Assembly: GCA_964578625.1 (NCBI GenBank) | Contig: CAZODQ010000004.1 | Coordinates: 10,389-74,388, forward strand | DNA length: 64,000 bases | Source: an uncultured Actinomycetota bacterium | GTDB lineage: Bacteria > Actinomycetota > Humimicrobiia > Humimicrobiales > Humimicrobiaceae | Reading direction: 5' to 3' | Shown: positions 56,613 to 64,000 of the stretch, piece after piece | Layout: each line of letters opens with the position of its first letter | Position numbering within the stretch: position 1 is the stretch's first letter | Made by a program: the position numbers and the translations under genes | The notes under the pieces: generated by a model | Database searches by the model: none | Told to the model about the DNA's origin: nothing | The model's input: the letters and a program-made list of their open reading frames with translations, nothing else

Positions 56613-57854
56613 TCATGCTTCAGGTTCTTCTGCAAGTTTTCCGGGCTTTTGTACTATGTCAGATTCTTTCAACCATAAGATAAGGAAAACACACAAGACC
56701 ATTAAGCCCACAAGGGCCAGTAGTGAAGACTTAAATGAACCGTCTTTACCTTTAAGTATCTCCATGCCGTATATAAAAACTACAGATGCCTGTCCTGCCA
56801 GATTAAGGAGCCCGTTGGATGTACCTTCCGGTGCAGGGTGTGTGATCTCTGCAACGTACTGGTAACCAATAGGTGCAAGGCTTATAAGGAAAAATCCCAG
56901 GAAGTACATTGAAACCATCGTAAGCCAATACTGGTTTACAAAAATCACACCCATCATCCACGGAATACTTAAAGTCATTCCCAGGAGGATGAAGATCTTA
57001 CGTTTCTGAAATCTGTCAGAAAAAATCGGCAAGACAATTGCTCCTGCTATTCCGCCGAAAAGCAATACTGCACCAAGACTTCCGGCTTGTGAAATTGAAA
57101 AACCTCTTGGTCTTACAATACTTTCAATCCATGTGGAAATACCGTTAAATATACCCATCCCGACAAGGAATAATCCAAGCATTATCCATACATCCTTCAT
57201 CCTGAGCATACTTTTTAATCCGTCTATCATAAGTGCACGCGTTTCCATTCCAGGCGGACATGGCGGGGTAGGCGGTGCCTCTCGGGTAAAAATGATAAAA
57301 ATAATTGCGCTAAATGCGGCTATACCGCCATAGATAAGAAGCATATTACCAATTCCAAAACGGATGAAAAGAACGGGTGAAAGAACTTGACCAATGGCTA
57401 TGCCAAGGAAATTTGCAACAAGTGCCAGTCCCGAAGCAGTTGCACGCTCTTTAATAGGGAACCACTTAGCTGCTACTGTACTTATTGAGTTCAGCATAAA
57501 AGGTTGCGACATCGCAAGGGCTATTGTGGTGAATAAAACAACTGTATAATTGGCTGCAAAAGCACCCCGCAGCAGGCCGAAAGCAGCCATTATACCTGCA
57601 CCTATGCTTACTGATTTCCGGTATCCCAATGTATCTATCATCCACGAAACCGGTATAGATAACGGAATGTAAACTATCATGAAAAGCATGGCCAAAAGCC
57701 CGATCCTTAAGTCAGATACTCCATAGAATTTGGCAGCTGGACCTGTTATCGGTGCAAAACATATCCACATGATCTGGATAGATATATTTATAAGCATAAA
57801 TACAGCTAATATTGTCCATCGGTATGAATAAACTTTAAAATTCTTGTTAAGCAT
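56613..57854 (-). CDS. MFS transporter
   Basis: 12 TM helices and MFS motif A-like loop. Confidence 0.75.
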   Translation of the reverse strand: MLNKNFKVYSYRWTILAVFMLINISIQIMWICFAPITGPAAKFYGVSDLRIGLLAMLFMIVYIPLSIPVSWMIDTLGYRKSVSIGAGIMAAFGLLRGAFAANYTVVLFTTIALAMSQPFMLNSISTVAAKWFPIKERATASGLALVANFLGIAIGQVLSPVLFIRFGIGNMLLIYGGIAAFSAIIFIIFTREAPPTPPCPPGMETRALMIDGLKSMLRMKDVWIMLGLFLVGMGIFNGISTWIESIVRPRGFSISQAGSLGAVLLFGGIAGAIVLPIFSDRFQKRKIFILLGMTLSIPWMMGVIFVNQYWLTMVSMYFLGFFLISLAPIGYQYVAEITHPAPEGTSNGLLNLAGQASVVFIYGMEILKGKDGSFKSSLLALVGLMVLCVFLILWLKESDIVQKPGKLAEEPEA

Positions 57855-58080
57855 AGCAGCAGTTTACCATATATAAAAAATAAAACTATTGATTGTTCGT
57901 GAAAATTCATTATATATATTAGTTCATTCATTTTTTACATGGCATTAATGTTTAGGATATGTAAGCTTTACTGGCAGCCCATAAGAGACTCGAACCACTT
58001 GACTAATAATATTCCATCCGGTTAAAATTTTTATAAGAATAAAAAATTAATCCATTATTTAATTACGGAAGGGAATAATA

Positions 58081-58980
58081 ATGTCCTATAAGATAGTGGG
58101 TATCGGTGAAATACTATGGGATGTTTTTCCGGGTGGCAAAAAGCTCGGGGGTGCTCCGGCAAATTTTGCTTATTTTATTAAAAAGTTAGGACAGGATGGA
58201 TTGGTTGCCAGCAGAATTGGTAATGATCTATTGGGAAAAGAGATTCTTGGTTCTCTGGCTCAGCTTGACCTTGATAAAGATTATATACAGATTGACTCCA
58301 TATATCCGACCGGAACAGTTGATGTAAGAGTAGATTACAGTGGTAAGCCGGATTATACCATTAATGAAAATGTGGCCTGGGATTTCCTGGAATTAAATGA
58401 AGGATTGAAAAAGCTGGCTGAAGAAGTCGATGTCATATGTTTTGGAACACTTGCTCAGAGATCTTTAAAATCAAGGGCAACGATCATTGACTTTCTGAAG
58501 ATGTCCAGGAGCAGTACTGTTAAGATACTTGATGTCAATCTAAGGCAGAACTTCTATTCTCTTGAGACAGTCGTTCAATCGATGGAATTTGCTACTATAT
58601 TGAAACTTAGCGTGGAAGAGCTGGAGATAATAAAGAATTTAATGGGTTACTACGGGGAAAAGAAAAGTATTGAAATCTGTAGGAATCTTATAGATAAATA
58701 CGGTATAAGACTTATATGTCTTACCAGAGGAGAAGAAGGAAGTCTGCTTGTGGGTGAAAACAGTTATTATGATCACCCTGGCTATAGGGTTCCTGTTTCC
58801 GATACGGTAGGTGCCGGGGATGCCTTTTCAGCTGCTGTGATAATCAAGTATTTAGACGGCAGTTCTCTTGAGGAAATAAGTAATTCCGCAAATAGATTGG
58901 GCTCGTGGGTATGTTCACAGGCAGGACCCACTCCGGTACTGGATGATAAGATAAAAGAAAATTTTATAAAGAGGATTTAG
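58081..58980 (+). CDS. PfkB-family carbohydrate kinase (fructokinase/ribokinase-like)
   Basis: C-terminal DTVGAGDAFSAA motif. Confidence 0.8.
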   Translation: MSYKIVGIGEILWDVFPGGKKLGGAPANFAYFIKKLGQDGLVASRIGNDLLGKEILGSLAQLDLDKDYIQIDSIYPTGTVDVRVDYSGKPDYTINENVAWDFLELNEGLKKLAEEVDVICFGTLAQRSLKSRATIIDFLKMSRSSTVKILDVNLRQNFYSLETVVQSMEFATILKLSVEELEIIKNLMGYYGEKKSIEICRNLIDKYGIRLICLTRGEEGSLLVGENSYYDHPGYRVPVSDTVGAGDAFSAAVIIKYLDGSSLEEISNSANRLGSWVCSQAGPTPVLDDKIKENFIKRI

Positions 58981-58984
58981 CTGT

Positions 58985-59776
58985 TTAAGCCTTCATCTTC
59001 CATCTGGTAAGTATGTTTTCCCTGTCGAAAATCTTAACTGCAAGCCTCAGTACAAATGGGCATACTGCAAGCAGGACCAGACAGCCTATAAGCAGGTAAG
59101 TAATATTCAAGAGGAAAAAACCTGCCAGCTGAAGGCCTATAATGAGGTAAATGGGCAGTATTATGACTGCACCTACTCCCTGGGCTGACCTTATATCGGT
59201 AGATCTGGATGAGACTATGATACTTGCCATTGTGATTATAAAAGACAGTATAGGACTTAAAACAAAAGCCACGATGACCCATTCTATAGTGGGCAGGGGC
59301 ATGTAACCCAGTTTAATATAGGCGGATATATCCACTACTATAACCAATATAATAAAATTGATGGTAGAGATGACAAATGTCGGTATAAGCGCAGTCAGTG
59401 ATTTTCCCATTAGCAGTTCTGATGTCTTTACCGGTGTTGCAAGGAGTGGCTCAAGTGTTTTGTTTTCCTTTTCCATGATTATGGAAGCGGGAGCGATAAG
59501 ACTTGGGACCATTGCAGGCATTATCAAAAGGAAGATAAGGAGCTGTTTTAAAATAAATCCTATAAGTACTCTTAAGGGATCGTCAACTTGGCCAAAGACT
59601 TTATTTATGAAATTCAGGGTATCTTCATCTTTAAGGATGGGGGTGCTTCCGAGAATAAAGCCGAGCGGCATAGTAATTGAAAATATGATTGTGATTATAA
59701 GGATGGGCAGCCATATATTCTTGTTTCTTATTATCTCTTTTATCTCTTTTTTAAAAATTAACCAAGCGTTTTTCAT
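58985..59776 (-). CDS. ABC-2 family exporter permease
   Basis: Six TM helices. Directly downstream of the ABC ATPase with 4-nt overlap. Confidence 0.7.
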   Translation of the reverse strand: MKNAWLIFKKEIKEIIRNKNIWLPILIITIIFSITMPLGFILGSTPILKDEDTLNFINKVFGQVDDPLRVLIGFILKQLLIFLLIMPAMVPSLIAPASIIMEKENKTLEPLLATPVKTSELLMGKSLTALIPTFVISTINFIILVIVVDISAYIKLGYMPLPTIEWVIVAFVLSPILSFIITMASIIVSSRSTDIRSAQGVGAVIILPIYLIIGLQLAGFFLLNITYLLIGCLVLLAVCPFVLRLAVKIFDRENILTRWKMKA

Positions 59777-60696
59777 TTTACTTCTTCACCTTTTATTAAA
59801 TCCAGGTATATTTCCTCAAGACTTGCCTTTATCTGGTTAAAGTAAATGATTTTGACACCGTTATCAATTAGTTTCTTTATGACTATCGGATTGGAAATCT
59901 TTGGATTTTCAATTACAATTACTGCTTTGTTACTGTCCGTCTGGATATTTTTTATCTGGCTTATTTCTTTCATTAACTGGGTATACATGCTTGCATCGTC
60001 TCTAAATACAATCTCCACCTTTTTACCTCTATCGCTGCTCTGAAGCTCTGAAAGGGTAGCGATCCTTATAATCTTTTTCTTTATAATACACACTCTGTCG
60101 GAAAGGTAGGATGCTTCTTCAAGATTGTGGGTACAGAGGAAAACAGTAGTTTTTTCTTTTTTAAGGCTGTCTATGAAATTCCTTACCATGTGAGCGCTTT
60201 CCGGATCCAGCCCTGCTGTAGGTTCATCCAGCAGCAGTATCTTAGGTTCATGTATAAGTGCTCTTGACAGTGCAAGTTTTTGCTTCATACCCTTGGAAAA
60301 AGTGCCTGCAAGGTCATCTCTTCTGTCCCAGAGGCCAAACATCTTTAGATATTTTTCAATGTTGTTTTTTCTCTTATTATCAGGGATGTTATAGAAGCTG
60401 GAATAATATTTAAGATTATCATAGGCAGATATTTTTTCATACATTCCAGGGGACTCGGTCAGTAGACCGGTTATTTCTCTGATGTATTCACCGTGGCTTA
60501 GGGTGTCCTTGCCGTCTATGGTTATCTTCCCGGAATCCGGGGATATAAGGGTTGATAACATTCTTATGGTCGTAGTCTTTCCGGCTCCGTTAGGTCCTAA
60601 AAAACCGAATATTTCACTCTCATTTATATCAAAAGAAATATTTTCAACTGCAGTTAGGTCGCCAAATTTTCTGGTAATGTTTTCTACTGTTATCAT
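59773..60696 (-). CDS. ABC transporter ATP-binding protein
   Basis: Walker A GPNGAGKTTT, signature LSKGMKQKL, Walker B LLLDEPTAGLD. Confidence 0.85.
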   Translation of the reverse strand: MITVENITRKFGDLTAVENISFDINESEIFGFLGPNGAGKTTTIRMLSTLISPDSGKITIDGKDTLSHGEYIREITGLLTESPGMYEKISAYDNLKYYSSFYNIPDNKRKNNIEKYLKMFGLWDRRDDLAGTFSKGMKQKLALSRALIHEPKILLLDEPTAGLDPESAHMVRNFIDSLKKEKTTVFLCTHNLEEASYLSDRVCIIKKKIIRIATLSELQSSDRGKKVEIVFRDDASMYTQLMKEISQIKNIQTDSNKAVIVIENPKISNPIVIKKLIDNGVKIIYFNQIKASLEEIYLDLIKGEEVK

Positions 60697-60847
60697 AGAA
60701 TAGGATTTTACCCTTAATGTCTTGATTTATCAATTAAGGGATTAAGGAATTAAAAGTTTTGGTATAAAATTGAGATTCCTTTTGAGATTTTACCCGGCTT
60801 CTAATATAATTTCTTTTATTGAAGAACAGAAGAGTTAAAATAATTAT

Positions 60848-61453
60848 ATGGGAATGGATATGAGTGCAAAAATAAAAACCAAAAAAATAGATATACTGAT
60901 GATAGATAATTATGATTCCTTTACTTTTAATCTGGTTCAGTCTCTTGGCGTTCTGGGAGAGAATATAAAGGTCAGGAGAAATGACAGGGTAAGCCTTGAT
61001 GAAATCGAAAGGATGGCACCATCAAAAATAGTGATCTCGCCTGGTCCTGGCAGGCCTGCTAGTGCAGGTATCTCAAAGGATCTGATAAAGCGTTTCTACA
61101 GGGAAATACCTATACTTGGAGTCTGTCTAGGGCACCAATGCATCGGAGAGGTATTTGGTGCGGCGGTTATCAATTCAGGAGTCGTTGTTCACGGCAAGAC
61201 ATCTATGATCTATCATGACGGCAGGAGTATTTTCAAGGGTATTGACAGTCCTTTTGAAGCTGCGAGATATCATTCCTTGATTTTAAAAGAGGATACTATC
61301 CCTCCCTCACTTGTAGTAACAGCCCACACTGAAGACGGTATTGTCATGGGAGTAAGACATAAAGATTACAGATTGGAAGGAATACAGTTCCATCCAGAGT
61401 CTTTCCTGACCCCGGTTGGATTGAAGATACTTAAAAATTTTATTAATCTATGA
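60848..61453 (+). CDS. pabA: aminodeoxychorismate/anthranilate synthase glutamine amidotransferase component
   Basis: GVCLGHQ catalytic Cys and the His/Glu triad region. Confidence 0.8.
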   Translation: MGMDMSAKIKTKKIDILMIDNYDSFTFNLVQSLGVLGENIKVRRNDRVSLDEIERMAPSKIVISPGPGRPASAGISKDLIKRFYREIPILGVCLGHQCIGEVFGAAVINSGVVVHGKTSMIYHDGRSIFKGIDSPFEAARYHSLILKEDTIPPSLVVTAHTEDGIVMGVRHKDYRLEGIQFHPESFLTPVGLKILKNFINL

Positions 61454-63048
61454 ACATCCTTTCTACAATTACTGCTATTGACCTGAAAATGATGCCTCAG
61501 GATGCGGCTTACGGTTTAAAGGACGAAAGTCACCTTTGTTTTTTGGACAGCAGCCTTTTCCCGAATAAATATTCCAAATTTTCATATATTGCCTGGGATC
61601 CGAAATTCGTTATAAAGAGCTATGGATATAAAAATGAGTTTGCCGCAGGCTCAGGAGGTATAAGGTATTATTCATATCAGCACCCTCTGTCTTTTCTAAA
61701 AGAGAATATAAAAGCTTATACGGTCAACTCTCCCGGCTGTGAAATAAAGGCTGTAAAGCTGGTCTATATAGCCGGCGGCAGTGTGGAGAAAATCACAAGA
61801 GATCTGGAGGAAAAGATACCTGATTTTAGGGGCGGCTTTACCGGCTATTTTTCTTATGATCTTAAGAACTATATTGAAAGACTTCCGCAAAATGCCGTGG
61901 ATGATATCAGCCTTCCAATATTTTATCTTAATTATTACAACAGAGTACTTGCATACAGCCACATAGATAGCAGGTGGTATTTTATCAGGAATTTTTTAGT
62001 AAAAGGAAAAAAGAAGGAAAACGAGAGTGTTTTTGAAGCTGCTTTCTTTGAGGATGATTATGTGGATTCAGATATAAACGACAGGGAACTTACTGGAAAG
62101 ATTGACGTGGAAATCGGGGGTATTTTAAAAGGTTTTAAAAAACCAGATGATATCAGGAAAAATATAATTGAAAAATATTATAAAGAAAAGATATCGAATA
62201 TAAAGTTTAAGTCAAATATTACAAAACGCGATTATGTAAAAAAGGTTATTAAAGCTAAGGAATATATCCATAACGGTGATATTTATCAGGTAAATTTCAG
62301 CCAGAGATTCGAATCGGACCTGCCTGTGGAACCTATAGACCTTTATTATATATTAAGGGTGAAGAACGCTGCACCATTTTCTGCTTTCATGGGTTTTGAC
62401 GGATTCTGTATAGGCAGTTCGTCACCGGAAAGATTTTTATTTCTAAAAGACGGTATTATAGAGACGAGGCCTATAAAAGGTACCAGGCCCAGGGGAAAAG
62501 ACGATCTGGGTGACAGGAAAAAAATAATTGAACTTGAAGAAAGCATCAAGGACAGGGCGGAACTTAATATGATTGTGGATCTTGAGAGAAATGATCTGGG
62601 GAAATTCTGCTATTACGGTACGGTCAAAGTTTTGGAACATGCGGTGGTTGAAAAATATGCAACGGTTTTTCATTCTGTCTCAACTGTAACCGGAAAGGTA
62701 AAAAAGCAAGTAGATATCTCTGATATTATAAAAGCAGCCTTTCCCGGCGGTTCAATAACAGGTGCACCTAAAATAAGGACAATGGAAATAATTGATGAGC
62801 TTGAGCCTGAAGCCAGAAATGTCTACACAGGTTCGTTGGGCTATATCGGAGTTGACTGCACTATGGATTTAAATATTGTAATAAGGACGTTTGTTATTAA
62901 GAAAAATAAGTTTTATTATAATGTAGGCGGAGGGATTGTTGAGGATTCGGTTCCGGAGGATGAGTATAATGAAACGTTGGATAAAAGCATCGCTCTTAAG
63001 GATACTTTAAGGTTTTTTGTCGCAAAGAATCTAAAAAAGCTTTTGTAA
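61450..63048 (+). CDS. pabB: aminodeoxychorismate synthase component I (chorismate-binding enzyme)
   Basis: SPERF and GGSITGAPK motifs. Followed by pabC. Confidence 0.8.
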   Translation: MNILSTITAIDLKMMPQDAAYGLKDESHLCFLDSSLFPNKYSKFSYIAWDPKFVIKSYGYKNEFAAGSGGIRYYSYQHPLSFLKENIKAYTVNSPGCEIKAVKLVYIAGGSVEKITRDLEEKIPDFRGGFTGYFSYDLKNYIERLPQNAVDDISLPIFYLNYYNRVLAYSHIDSRWYFIRNFLVKGKKKENESVFEAAFFEDDYVDSDINDRELTGKIDVEIGGILKGFKKPDDIRKNIIEKYYKEKISNIKFKSNITKRDYVKKVIKAKEYIHNGDIYQVNFSQRFESDLPVEPIDLYYILRVKNAAPFSAFMGFDGFCIGSSSPERFLFLKDGIIETRPIKGTRPRGKDDLGDRKKIIELEESIKDRAELNMIVDLERNDLGKFCYYGTVKVLEHAVVEKYATVFHSVSTVTGKVKKQVDISDIIKAAFPGGSITGAPKIRTMEIIDELEPEARNVYTGSLGYIGVDCTMDLNIVIRTFVIKKNKFYYNVGGGIVEDSVPEDEYNETLDKSIALKDTLRFFVAKNLKKLL

Positions 63049-63071
63049 GCTTTCTATGAGGAAAAATTATT

Positions 63072-63947
63072 ATGTTTAAATACGTTTTTATTAATGGGAG
63101 ACTGGTTATTGAACAAAAAGCCAGAATATCAGTCAAGGACAGAGGATTTTTATACGGCGACGGCCTTTATGAGACCCTGAGGGGTTATAAGGGCAATCTG
63201 TTCATGCTTGATGCTCATATTAAAAGGCTGTTTAACTCACTTAAAATCTTGAAATACAACATCTCTTTTGATGAAGAATATTTAAAAAATGCTGTGATTA
63301 AAACAGTTAAAAAGAATAATCTTATCAGATGCGATGCTTATATAAAAATAATAGTGACCAGAGGTATTTATAACGGAGAATTTCATTTTGCAAGCAGCTG
63401 CAGGCCTAATCTTATAATAATTGCCGAGAAGCTCAAGCCATATCCTCAGGAAGACTATATTGAAGGAGTAAACATTATTTCTTCTTCAGTAAGGAGACTG
63501 TCTATTGGGCGAAGTCTTCATTCCCATAAACTTTTAAACTATTTTGAAAATATTTTTGCGAAGGATGAAGCATATAACAGCGGTGCTCAGGAGGCGGTTT
63601 TTCTGACCAGGGACCATCTGGTCCTGGAGGGTGCATCAAGCAATATATTTTTTGTCAAAAGAGGTACAGTATATACACCGCCGGTCACCCAGAATATTTT
63701 ACCCGGGGTGACCAGGGAAGTAGCAATAAATATATGCAGGAAAAATATGATAAAAATAAGAGAAAGGAAAGTCCACTACCGGGATATTATAAATGCAGAT
63801 GAGATTTTTAAAACAAGTTCCGTTGCCGGGATAGTGCCGGTAAAAAAAATTGACTGGTTTGTAATAGGAAGAAAAATCCCAGGCAATATCACTTTAAGGC
63901 TTATAGAGTTATACGAAGATGAGACCGGCTGCAATAAAGGAAAATAA
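63072..63947 (+). CDS. pabC: aminodeoxychorismate lyase (fold-type IV PLP enzyme)
   Basis: Class IV aminotransferase pattern (GDGLYET...E.SSNIFFV). Context with pabAB. Confidence 0.75.
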   Translation: MFKYVFINGRLVIEQKARISVKDRGFLYGDGLYETLRGYKGNLFMLDAHIKRLFNSLKILKYNISFDEEYLKNAVIKTVKKNNLIRCDAYIKIIVTRGIYNGEFHFASSCRPNLIIIAEKLKPYPQEDYIEGVNIISSSVRRLSIGRSLHSHKLLNYFENIFAKDEAYNSGAQEAVFLTRDHLVLEGASSNIFFVKRGTVYTPPVTQNILPGVTREVAINICRKNMIKIRERKVHYRDIINADEIFKTSSVAGIVPVKKIDWFVIGRKIPGNITLRLIELYEDETGCNKGK

Positions 63948-64000
63948 ACTTCATTTAATGAGAACTATCAAATAGTTCTGTTTTTTTAACAGGTATGCTT

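Overview
This is a low-GC (roughly one-third GC) bacterial chromosomal window, densely coded on both strands. The 5' part has a Firmicutes-like housekeeping block: cobalamin genes (cbiP partial, cobO), ogt, a glmU-like nucleotidyltransferase, then prs, ctc/L25, pth, mfd, a PrsA-like PPIase, mazG, pyk, ktrAB, ftsB-like and ppx. A tRNA-Leu(UAA) at 16.67 kb is followed by a ~7 kb accessory array in which each single-gene unit ends with a same-orientation ~50-bp hairpin repeat that looks tRNA-derived. The units are an MBL hydrolase, a SAM methyltransferase, a 7-bladed beta-propeller lectin-like protein, an AKR fragment plus an OYE flavoprotein, a membrane protein and an SMP-30 lactonase. Downstream come nikR, an AKR, a histone-H1-like protein and then a compact minus-strand operon: [NiFe]-hydrogenase small subunit, large subunit, MetV, MetF and a maturation protease. 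This suggests a cytoplasmic H2-dependent methylene-THF reductase. The rest holds archease-rtcB, an ars operon (arsR-arsC-arsP-trx-acr3), two tandem homocitrate-synthase-family genes with leuCD-like and IDH-like genes, a type IV pilin, a GAF-GGDEF cyclase, a DtxR-family repressor with palindromic operators in front of itself and feoAB (plus a small FeoB-associated Cys-rich protein), an RRM protein, a sigma-70 factor, a second AKR, an MFS transporter, a PfkB kinase, an ABC-2 exporter and pabABC. No CRISPR array, rRNA, transposase or integrase is visible.
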